Shown one piece after another: positions 13,301-25,600 of a stretch of 64,000 bases of DNA (its first letter is position 1; each line of letters starts with the position of its first letter). The position numbers and the translations under genes are program-made. The notes beneath the pieces are model-generated. The model worked only from the letters and a program-made list of their open reading frames with translations, did not search any database and had not been told where the DNA came from. The stretch comes from Ostrea edulis (taxonomy: Eukaryota). The stretch covers positions 28,892,001 to 28,956,000 of the forward strand of contig NC_079172.1 of the NCBI RefSeq assembly GCF_947568905.1, written 5' to 3'.

Positions 13301-16300
13301 AAAACATATATTTTACGTACCTTATTGCATATTTTGGATGCTGTCAGCGAGAGGCAAAAAATATCGGGAATGTCCGATTGTTTGGTGGTGCATGGTGACA
13401 CTATTATCGTTGTCATTCACGTATGTGTAAAGGATATGTCAATTTGAAATCCGTCCCGATTAATTACTATCAAAACATGCTTCGCACTGTCCAATAAGCA
13501 CCCCGACACAGGCAGACCAGGTAAATTACATCACCCCGATACCATGCGACACAGGTAAACAGCAATGGCTGACTATTGTCCCGATTTCTGATTGGCCAGT
13601 TCAGAAATGACGCGGGATTTCAAATTCCGGTTGGAAATGGGGATTTGTTGTCGTAAAATGGGAGGTATTTTTAGAAAATCGGGATTTCGGGGTATTTTTG
13701 CAATCCCGATCGGGATATCGGGATTTGCCTTTTCAACTGCTTCAAATCGGGAGAATCCCGCACAAATCGGGAAAGTTGGCATGTATGACTTTTATATTAC
13801 ATCCTAAAAAGACAGTTACCAAGGAATTTTGAACATAACTGCTTGTCAACTGTACCATCCCTGAAAAAAAGCAAACCATGTTAAATTCCTTTTCCTATAT
13901 TGTCAATAAATGGTATTTATCCAATCTTCTGATTTCAAATATTATGGTTAAGTATGTCTTAATTAAAGTGTTTTTATCTAGACTTCTAAAAGCAGTTGGA
14001 AAAAAAGTTAATGGTGCAGACACCAGGATACTTTATTTTAAAAAGGAATGACACGATGATATACAACATGAGCAAAGTGTTTATTGTTTTCATTATGTAG
14101 CATTGTTTTTCTGTGTCTTGATACTGTTGATTTCCCTGAGTGTGATCAAACTGCTGTGTTTTTCAGAATTCATATTACATATGTGCTATCCTTTGAAATT
14201 GGTGACATCTCAATACATAAGCCAAATGTTCTTGTGGAAATTGACTGACTCTGTCACAAACAAGATTGCATACACAAAATATAATTTCATTTAACTTCAT
14301 AGAGGAGTAATAACAAATTTTCCAATATTGCAGTAACTTGATCCAATCAGTCGGATTACCGGTACATCTTGTTGACAGCTTGTCCACTTTGATGTGATCA
14401 TTTTCATTTAATTAGACTCTTTGGATCAAATTGCTGTAGAAATATTAACTGTGTATTTACTATAAGTAGCTTAATTCATCATTACAGGATAACCTACTCA
14501 TTGAGGCAACCAAATACAAAGCCATCCGCCCCTGCTTCTTTTAGATCCACCAATTCTGATTTCATGACCTCAATTTCTTCTGAGCTGTACAGGAAGTCGC
14601 CTCCCCGAGGTCTTAGCATTACAAACACAGGGATTTTCACATACTTCTTTATGGTCTTTAACATTCCTGTAGTAGTAGATTTGTCACACACATATTATGC
14701 AGTTATTGACCAGATCTGAATGGAACAGGATCTTTAAATTGTACAAATATAACTTCATTTTCCTGGGAATTAGATAATCTATAATTATAGTTACAGTAAA
14801 ATAACTTGTATTTCATAAGATATCATTTCTACAATATTGTCTAGTAACATTTATCAGGGCAACATCATATTTTGCAAAAGCTCAGCTTATTTATCCATCC
14901 ATATATATATACCCTACACAAGAACCTTATATACTTGTCAAGGCAAAAAATCTAAATGAATAGTGATTTACAGTATGTCTGCCCAATAGCTGCGGCCATT
15001 AAGTCGAGCACTCACATTAGTTCTCAGTGTCCCATGTATTTGACCATTAAGCTGACTGACTAACATATATTGATTGATTGAATGTTGTTTAGCGTCCCTC
15101 TCGAAAATATTTCACTCATGTGGAGACATCACCATTGCCAGTGAAGGGCTGCAAAATTTAGGCCTATGCTCGGCGCTTATGGCCTTTGAGCTGGGAGAGA
15201 TCTTTATCGTTCCACAGCTACTGTGGCATGGGACCTCGGTTTTTGCGGTCTCATCTGAAGGACTGCCCCATTTAGTCGCCTCTTACGACAAGCAAGGGGT
15301 ACCTACTCTTACCCGGATCCCCACAGGGCATATATCTACTCCAGTTACACTAGTATATCCTAGTATATACCTAGTAACAAAACCCACAGACGGTTTGTTT
15401 GATGTCTTGTTGAGAATTTTTCACTCATATTGAGACATCACCAGTTGTAGGTGAAGTACCACAAATTTAGTAGACGTATACTTAGCGCTCAGTGCTGTAG
15501 CAGTGAAGGTTCTTTAAATCGCTAATGCCTGTCACGACACGGGACCTCCGTTTTTAAGGTTATATCTGAAAGACCCATGATTTTCACTTCTAAATGCTGA
15601 GTGTTTGGCGAAGGAGCAATCACTACCTATGTTTACTTCTTAAAGTTTGATGTGGCCATGGCACAGGTGGGGCTCGGGAGGAGCGGGGCTCAGGAGGGTT
15701 ACAAGTAGAGTATCTATGTAAGGTTTACTGGTGTTGGAAGAGTGTAATATGGGAAAATTCTACTGTTAGCTCAATTCATAAAGCACCTGCATGATTTAAT
15801 GTGGTCTCGAGCTCCAGTTTCGGAGTCTGACTGCATGACCTTTTTCACTTCCAGTTTCTTCATATACATGTATTTACGTTTCCAATGTTTTTGCCTTCAT
15901 CTCTACAAATTGTGATGATAGCCATTTTTTCATGCATCCACTGAAGTCGTAAACAATTGGATGGAAGAATATATAGACTGGGGAGTCTGACAGAAATGAA
16001 AGTAGAATGTAAATTATTAACTATAATTTTTGAAAATACATGAAGGTATGAACTGCAAGACTTCACCCCAGCATACTTTTCATAAAGCGCTAACATGCTT
16101 CTTAAAGTATATGTCAGTACAGAAGCACAGCTGCATGCAGTTCATACACTATTATACCTCTGACATGTATTTTCAAAACTAAAATAAACTTCTTAACTAA
16201 AATTCCAAGTCCAATTAATCAATTGATTAGTTAGCTAATATACTGCTTCATTGTTATATTCTGATCAATATTGATGATATTTTACAATGTGTGTATTATC

Positions 16301-16534
16301 ATAGGGCTTGAAGTTATAAACTCTACTATTTCTAATTACCAGTGGTTGGAGTTGTTCCCCCTTCTGACAGATTGGCACACAACTCCAAGCGTGCGGCACC
16401 TAAAAAAAAATGGAGTAAATAGATCAGATGTCTTTTATTTCAGGTATTTTCTGTTACTTCTAACAAGTTGTTCATAAATTACCCCCTTTCTCGGCATTGA
16501 TAGCTGATAAAACAGAATCGATACACACTTCCAT
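10389..16534 (-). CDS. CUTC: Copper homeostasis protein CutC homolog (246 aa)
   Basis: Eight GT-AG exons: 16534-16483, 16399-16340, 14666-14498, 13860-13820, 12488-12453, 12056-11923, 11302-11275, 10609-10389 (741 nt). The translation reads [35 protein letters not shown]...IPVFVMLRPRGGDF...PATFHRAID...RVLTSGG...VMPGGGI...EFHGSAR, which are hallmark CutC motifs. Confidence 0.96.
12121..12293. mobile_element. Tc1/mariner-type MITE, same family as 4309 and 26129
   Basis: Inverted termini caggcttcacctc and gaagttcacctg followed by TA, with shared internal motifs. Lies in a cutC intron. Confidence 0.7.
12580..13787. mobile_element. Non-autonomous hAT-like DNA transposon with 6-bp TSD
   Basis: TIRs catacatgccaactt and aagttggcatgtatg, with flanking direct repeat actttt on both sides. 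An internal minus-strand fragment AKVLFANFIAGQTTPF resembles a hAT transposase segment. Confidence 0.75.
15065..15335 (-). mobile_element. SINE remnant (bivalve Meta-type), 3' part with (CAAT)n tail
   Basis: A tgattgattga tail followed by ttcactcatgtggagacatcacc...gaagggctgcaaaatttaggcctatgctcggcgc, recognised as a common bivalve SINE body. Confidence 0.65.
15385..15680 (-). mobile_element. Second, more diverged SINE remnant
   Basis: ttcactcatattgagacatcacc...gacacgggacctccgtttt...ggagcaatcactacct parallels the neighbouring copy. Confidence 0.55.
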
Positions 16535-16685
16535 GATCAATTATTCCCGGAAATATTTTTCCTTTTACGTTTCAGGTTTGACAATTAGACGATGAATTCA
16601 AGATGGCGTCTAATGTACGGGTGGAAATGTCGTTGTGATAAAAAACTTGCTTTCATTCCATTTTCATGTATTGTGGTGTTGTGAA
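16535..16685. promoter_or_regulatory. Putative bidirectional promoter / 5' leaders of CUTC and ZC3H13
   Basis: 151 bp separate the divergent ATGs. The interval contains a YY1-like CAAGATGGCG at 16599-16608. Confidence 0.65.
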
Positions 16686-19600
16686 ATGAGCAAAATTAAG
16701 AGAAGAGTAACAGTTGATTCTGCTAAGTCTGTCCCGGATGAGGGAGATAGACGCAAACCAAGTGTTTTTGAAAGGCTTGGTCCCGGAGCTCGAAAGCAAC
16801 TAGACGATGTAAAAATGATCACTATCTTCAGTCACTCCATGATTGACATCATTCGCATCTCTAATTTTATTTCGAGTTCATGTTGCTAAAATTGTGTGAC
16901 CGGGCTAATTGTATCATATTCTTATGTAATGGAAAGCCGTATACTCAATTTTACGTTCGATAGGCCACTGGCACGGGGATTGCTTTGATTTGCTAATTAC
17001 GGGACGCAACGTTTTCACGTCACTAATTAGTGTCCTTTTTTTAAAATTGCAAAAGAGAACTGTATAAATTCATTCTTGTTTAAATGGAACTTAAACTGAT
17101 ACAACTTTTAAAATATCTTTTTTGCGGCCATTACTTGATAATCACAAACTAAATTTTGTTTTCCCTTACCTCTCTAGGGAAGATATTGTGTTTGTCTTGT
17201 CCATCTATCTGTCTGTTCCTCTCAAGTTAGGTGATAGTAGTTTCTCCTGCAGTTAAAGTAAAATTAGAATGAAATTTGACTAAAATATTGCTGCAGAACT
17301 GAAGCTCTCAGACTCTGGGAGAAAAAATTGGGTTACACTAGGGCTAAAACAATTCCCCGAAATATTGATAATGTTCAATATATAGTCTCTATTGAATGTT
17401 CGATTCATTGCCTAGATCTTTGGTTCGATACGTTGTTAAAAATTGGGTTTGGTAAAATACATCGGGCTTGACCTGTACTTAAAATTTTTACATGCACTAG
17501 GGACAAAATAGCATCTGATAATGGTCACACTGTTGTTAGCCTTAAGTCTGACAAAAACAATAATGAACTTAATCAGTTTAACCTACAGAGCCAACAGGCT
17601 TCTTGCTGTTCAGCAGTTTGGAAACAGTTTGCTTTTGATATTGTGACAACAACAACTGTGAATCTTTGTAATTAAATAAAGTTATTGGTTTCTTCTGTAA
17701 ATTGTATCGTATTGAAAATATTGAATCATGGCATAAGTATTGCAATATGTATCGTATCGAGAAGGGGGTGTATCGTTTCAGCCCTAGGATATACCAGAAA
17801 GCTGCAGATCCGCACCTTATTATAAAACATCTTAATTACAGTGCAGTTTTTTCTTCATATGAATGAAATCTTATATCATTATATTATTGCATCATGTAGA
17901 ACTTTGTAAAATATGTAACAAACTGAGTAAATATCCACATACAATAGAGGAAATACCCAGTACTGTTGGTTATTTTAATATCCACATACAATAGAGGAAA
18001 TACACAGTACTGTTAGTTATTTTAATATCCACATACAATAGAGGAAATACACAGTACTGTTAGTTATTTTAATATCCACATACAATAGAGGAAATACACA
18101 GTACTGTTAGTTATTTAAATATCCACATACAATAGAGGAAATACACAGTACTGTTAGTTATTTTAATATCCACATACAATAGAGGAAATACACAGTACTG
18201 TTAGTTATTTTAATATCCACATACAATAGAGGAAATACACAGTACTGTTAGTTATTTTAATATCCACATACAATAGAGGAAATACACAGTACTGTTAGTT
18301 ATTTTAATATCCACATACAATAGAGGAAATACACAGTACTGTTAGTTATTTTTGGTTCACTTTCCGTTACCAAACATCAGAAATTTGATCTAATAACTCT
18401 TGTTTTTGGTACGTGTACTATGATATTTGCATGTAACATTCTGAAAAATAATCTTCAGATCAGGCAGATATTTTTGTATTGATCAGAAATGAATCGTCTT
18501 CAGTCATCTACAAAATTTGCCCACATAAAGCATAATTTTCGTAACTTCTTGTTAAGAGTTTCAACATTTTTTAGTTCTGATATCCCATATTATGTTTATC
18601 TTTGTGTTCCCTAAAATCAGGGTTTAAACTTAACACTTGCCCACACACCAAATGCCAGTGAAAATTTGTGTGTGTGCTTAAATTCGCTGTCTCACTTGCC
18701 CACATGGCGAGTGATTTTTGTGAACAGGAATCGGTCATAATTGTATCAGGTTTGGTAATCAGTTTATTTTTAGCAACCAGTCGCTTTTCCGAGAGTTATT
18801 TACAAGCTTAACTTAAAGCGTTTTGGAGAGCTCTTCTAAACTGAAAGTAAACCATGCACAATTTTTACCTAAGTCGATCGGCAAGATCACTGTCAAAACA
18901 GCTGGAAGTTTTTAACCTTGCAGAAAAATGAACACTATTGCAGTATTCCTGATAATTATGACATAGGGATAGGAAAAAAATAGAAAGCTACTGTTAGTAC
19001 AAAGAAAGCAGTGTCAATTGAAAAAAATGTTGAGTTGGAATACAATTAATTTGATAATGAATGTTTTTGTGGTAGAGCATATCTTTAAGCATATAAAAAA
19101 TTTAAAATGTATGGTAACCTATTTTCAACCTCTCTAGATATTGCTATGCATTCAAACGGTTTAGCGAAACAAACGCACAAAAATATATCATCCATTCACA
19201 TGTCTCGTGGATTTCTTGCATTATATTTCATTAGATGTGGGCTAGCATGTTTTGTTGTGGGCTCCCAAAAATAATATTTCAGGAGTCCACATGGCTCCTG
19301 AAAATTTTCGTTAAGTTTCAACCCTGAAAACAATACAATGTGATCTTCATACAGTGTGGTCTTTACCGTAAAATCATCATTAGAGAGAAATCTTCCTTAC
19401 CTTGTTATCTTAAGTTTGTTTTCATTACAGCGTGGAGAAAGTTCATACCACAACACTAAGTGCCGTCATTGGTTTTCAAGTGGAGAGTGCGCCTTTGGAA
19501 GCAGTTGTAAATTTCAGCACGGTCCACCTTATAAAAAAGCAAGGTAAATTTCTATATAGAAATGGGAATCAACTGGCACTAAATTCTGTGACCAGTAAGA

Positions 19601-22600
19601 GGCATTGTAGATTTCTTATATACTTGTACAAAATTTGTCTCAAGTTATTTCATTTTTAATGTTAGAAAGAATAATTGGCAGATGAAAAAATTCTGATCTG
19701 AATTAGACTTAAAATGTGAAACAAACTACAGTTCTTGTCAATAAATCACTCACTTTCTTAGTTTAGTGTGTTAGTACAGAATGATTTATTATATACATGA
19801 AAAATTATTGTATTGATACTTTCACATTGACAGAGCAAATTTATTTTCAAGGTCTTGTTATTAATTAAGGTCCAGCGTCTTTCCATTTGGAAAAAAATAG
19901 CAGCATTTGCTTGAAATTGGGAAAAAAACATTTCATATAGGGGGAAAAATCAAGCCAGTGCATTCAGGAATGATTGGACTCCTTCTGACTTTCAATTTGG
20001 TCAAAACCTACCTTATCTTTAAGTGGAGGTCAAATAAATTAGGTTTACTTAACAATTTTGAAGCAAAAATTGTAATTTGTGGGCTTGTGAAGGAGATTTA
20101 TGAACAATAAGGCTGTCCTGCCTTAATGTTTTCATTGGGAATTTTAAAGCAAAAATTGGGGAAAATACCTGGAAAATGAATGACAGCACTGTGTACACAA
20201 AAATAATTTCACTGAATGTTTGTCTTTTTTTTCTCACTAGGAATGCATTCATTATCTTATAAACATATATTTGATTATATATAATGAATTCATCATTACT
20301 ACGGGGACTTGATCCAAAGAATTGGATCATGTCTTATTGAAAGGTATGGATCATCAGATTAAACTTGCCACTTTACGTTTCGTTTGATCTGATTATCCAT
20401 GCCTGTTCACTTCGTATCAAGTTACTGTAGTAATGATGTACTTATGTATACCACTGGAGGAGGAACAGAATTATCTACAAGGAGTCCAGTATCTCTCTTT
20501 ACCTAAGTATTAATGATAATAGAGTATGACCCTTCCCCTACCCAGTAGAGTGATCTACCCTACCCCCAACAAGTTTCTGTTAATTTTTGTGTAATCTCTT
20601 GCACAGAAAATGATGTCTTTTTAAATTAGAAAGGTGAAACTACCCTAATACACTTGTACGTACTTGATGCAATGACTTTTTATGAAGAATATACATTTTT
20701 CAGAGGAGAGGAGAGCCCTGATAAACCCAGATCAAGGCCAAAACATTACAAGAAGGAGGCTGAAGGTAGTGACTCGGATTCTGATCACCGCAGCCACAGT
20801 AAAACCAAAAAAGAAAAAATCCGCTCCATTGTTAGTAAGAAGAAAGCAGCACAAGAAAGTGACAGTGATACCTCAGACAGCTGGGAACAGGAGAGACCTC
20901 AATCTGTTAGAACAGGTAAGTTATTGTCACCTCAAACAGCTGGGAACAGGAGAGACCAAATCTGTTAAGACAGGTAAGGTATTGTCACCTCAAACAGCTG
21001 GGAACAGGAAGTACATTCATACTTATTTTTTTTTTGGTATATTTCACTTAATTAATTGAATCTTCGTGTTAATTCTTCATTAGACTGGTGTAAAAGAATA
21101 TATGTCTTGTTTCATACAGTAAATCTTGCATAGTATGAACACAGTTACAATGAATTTTAAGATATCATGAAGTTTTTCTGAGTCCCCAGCAGCATTCTTC
21201 ATATTTCTTAGTTTAAAAATCAAATCGGATATAGCAAAGTTACGGGTGTAACTGATTTTCATTCCCTAAATGCATTAAACAAATGTATTTGTACCTATTT
21301 ATAACCTCACGGAAAATTATGTATGTAATAACGAGTCACATGAAGAATATGCGTCACAACCTCAACAAAAAATTGATTCTGACTACAGAATTTAGGTGGT
21401 GAAGAATTAGATATTTTCAAATATAACCTGTATGATAACAATTGAGGTCTGTTTGTCACACCAAACTAATTTCTGACTGCAAGGGGAAATTTTTCTTAGC
21501 ATTTTGCTGGTCATTAAGTATGTGTAGTAGTTTTTGATCTGTTGACTTTTTCATGTCATCAGTAAAACACAGTGATAAGGATCAGTATGTCCAACATCAT
21601 TTTGTCACGTCCTAGTAGTGTTGTCACCATTGATTTACAAATTAGTCGAAAAGGTCATCACTTTCCAACAATCAATTTGAGATTTAATAATCGATTATAA
21701 TCGACATATTACTGCAGTTTTTTCTTCTCATTTATTATTTTCGGAAAAAAAAGAGATTTTGTTAATATCGCATAACTTCTCGGGGGTTAACGTCAAACGT
21801 TCTAAATGTCTGGGCTATTACAATAAGCAGGGTTTGTTCCGGATCCACACAACACTAGAATTTACACAAAATATTTGAATCATTAAACTGAACAATAAGA
21901 ACTGCTAATATGAATAAAATATATTTGCAATCAGTGTTTTGGAGGAAATCACAGTAACTTTTTACAGATTTGCACAGATTTATCCGACCGAGCTTCTCAG
22001 TGTAATTCAAAATGATTGAAACGGAAAGCTGCAGTTAAACAAAAATTTCAATCATCCTGAAAGCAAACTTAAATCAATTGTTCAGAAAGACATTGTTCTT
22101 AGGACTAACTGTTTCTTGTAGTTTGAGTGACTAGACAGATAATCAGTCTAGTGTTTGAGCTAATAGTGACGATGATTCTTTTCATTTCTAGATCTAGTAA
22201 ATCTTACTCGTGTTGAAATGTGTGTTTTCCTATTGTAATCGACGTTAAATTCTGGAAATGATGATGTAGCTGACTACTGCGTACAAGATTTTAATCTTTA
22301 TTAGAACAGTAATGATGATATTATTTTAAAATTCAGCTACTACATAAAATCTAGTATTCCTTCAAGACAAAAGTTATAGATTCAATTCTTGGCTGATCAT
22401 CAGTCAGTTTGCTTTAACCAATCCTGCTGATTAATCAGTTCTGATTTTAAACTGATTTAACAACACTACACTGTAGAATTTTGAAAATTCTAATTTTAGC
22501 ATGTGTGTTCCTTTCTGTGAAGATAAATAAATATATACAATGATCACTGAGTCCTATGTATTCTGAATCCTTCACATTCTAGCTTTATTAGGACTTGTGT

Positions 22601-25600
22601 GAAGATAAGTAAATATATACAATGGTCACAGAGTCCTATGTGAAGATAAGTAAATATATACAATGATCAGTCCTATGTGAAGATAAGTAAATATATACAA
22701 TGATCACATAGTCCTATGTGAAGATAAGTAAATATATACAATGATCACAGAATCCTATGTATTCTGAATCCTTCACATTCTAGTTTTATTATGACTTGTG
22801 TGAAGATAAGTAAATATATACAATGGTCACCGAGTCCTATGTGAAGATAAGTAAATATATACAATGATCACTGAGTCCTATGTATTCTGAATCCCTCACA
22901 TTCTAGTTTTATTATGACTTGTGTGAAGATAAGTAAATATATACAATGGTCACAGAGTTCTATGTGAAGATAAGTAAATATGTACAATGATCACTGAGTC
23001 CTATGTGAAGATAAGTAAATATATACACATATGTACAATGATCACTGAGTCCTATGTGAAGATAAGTAAATATATACAATGATCACTGAGTCCCATGTAT
23101 TCTGAATCCTTCACATTCTAGTTTTATTAAGGACAGGGCACTGATCACATGACTGAAATGTGTTATATCAGAAACTCCACGTCATAATATTGGCTGTTGT
23201 CGCTTTACTAGCTATGACATCATAGCTTACTCAACTACTTTATGTCTCGTAGTAGGCTATGACGTTATAGCTGAATGTATATTGTGATGTCACAGTGGTA
23301 AGGCTCTCAAACCCAAGCAAATGAAATAATCAATTAGACATCATTTTGGGGATTTTTTTCTTATACTATTTTTTTTTTAATTTCACCATGAATTCTCCTT
23401 TGAATTTGAAAAACATATTCAGAATAGATTTAATTTGTAAGCATTGAAATTAACAATTAAGTACATTTGATGATAAAAGGCAGTTTTAGTAGTACAAGAG
23501 TACACAGTAAATGTTGGTGTAGTTTAACATTGAGGTGAGCGTGATTATTTCATAATCCTATATGACTCATTAAGTCCATAAATTTTTTTTATTTCAATGT
23601 GTATTGAGAAAAAATTCATAGGCAATTTTCTCATTAAAGAAAGGTAAATGTGTCTGTAATATAGTGAAAACGGGTTTTACGTAGTAAAATTTAGTAAAAC
23701 CACAAAAATCTGAAAAGATGTGGAAAATTTTATTGAAAGGATGACCATTTCCTATAATATATGTAGATTTCAGACTGAAAATAATTTTTAAAAGAAGTTT
23801 AACAGGACTATGGATGGAGTAATGTTGATTAGTTCTCACCAGTTTTAAGGGAAGGTAACTATTTCATGATCATAACTCCCTTCAATGACAAGAAGCCTCA
23901 CTTGAACAGGTTTGTATTCAGTGTCCCCATTACTATGTTTTTACAAAGTGTGAGGAAAATTCATTGACAAACAATTTTTTCATGTCTCTCTCCTGCCTAT
24001 CCATTAGTTTTGATGGAGACCAAGGACACTTTCATAAACTCCTGTTTTTTTAACTTTCTTTTGTTTCAAATGATTTTGTCATGAGAACCCCGCATCACAT
24101 TAATGATGCTACATTAATTCATTAATGAAACTGGAAATTGCATGAGACTTAAATATTTTTAACTAGAAGATATAATTGATAGTTTGTGAAAAAGTGATAA
24201 TCATGTCATATAGCATTTACTCATTGGATCAGAGGTAAATTTGGATGATAACTTTGATGTTGAATGCAGTTCAAAGGTTTGTGTATCTTATGAAGCATCG
24301 GGAACAGAATCAACAACGATAGATATGCTCTTCATTCTGCTTTAAAACTTAACATTCAAGTGATGATACTTACATTTTAATGTAGTTCATGCCAAAAACA
24401 TGTTCCAGTAGAGATATTTGTAACAAGCAGAAAAATTAAAGCATTGTGTATTAGATATATCTCCTACAAACAATGTACTTTCAGTTTACTCTATTTTACA
24501 TACAAATCTAAAAATAGAAAATGGGGAAATCCATTTTGTGAAGCCTGTCTTTGCTGTTCTGAGTGTATTTAGAGTTAGGGAATTTCCATATGCACTTAGC
24601 ACTCCGTTTTCAAGAAATCACTTGTCCTAGTAAGAATATACATGAAAATCATTGTTTTAGATTTGGATTACAAAAAGGAATTAGAGTTAGAGAGACAGAG
24701 GCAGCTGATTCAGAAGGAGTTAAATCAGTTGAATCAAGAGGAGGCCAGGGAGAATATTACCATTCAAAAGAAAGTAAGTATCCTTTTAGAAGAAAATGAA
24801 ATGGGAAAGTATCACAATGCAAAATACACATTGTCAGTGTCTGTGAAGCTTTCTTTTAGTACTCAAAAGTTTCAGCATGTTGTCGGGTGACTTCATATAG
24901 TAAGAACTGCTGAAAATATCTCAACAACCATTGATATTATCATTTCCAGTCAACACTAACAATCTTATCAACATGAATTTTCAGTCAACCATCAACACTA
25001 ATAATGTCATCAACCTTTCATACCAGGAATCTCATCAACCATTGATACTAACATTTCCAATCCACCACACTTACAATCTCATCAACATCTCATCAACATT
25101 TTATACAAACAATCTCATCAACCCGTAATACCAAGAATATTTCTGTTAACTCAAGACATAGTGACACTTGGTTGAATATAAGTCACAGACAAAATTTTTA
25201 TTGTAGTCTTAGGATTTTTTGTGAAAATGGCCACTCAAAAGTGCAAAGCATGTGATCTCTGACCTTTACAGAAAATATGACCTACTTTGGCAATGTGAAC
25301 AAGGTGTAATACTAGACTACTAGTAATTTCTTTTACCAGCAGCTCTAACTTTGCAATATATCACAAACTTGATAAAAATGATAAGAAATAAAGATAAAAA
25401 TATAAGTACCTTTATTACTTACTGCTAAAATTTGCCCCTGCTGATCTAGGTGAAAACTCCAATTTTCTAAGGTCAGAAGTGGCTGTGAATCGATTGAAAA
25501 TTAATCGACTGATTCCAGTAAGTGCATTGTTGCTCATGCTCAGCATGTCAAGATGATGTAATTCATGTACATGTCACACAAAATGCTCCGAGCAGCTGAA

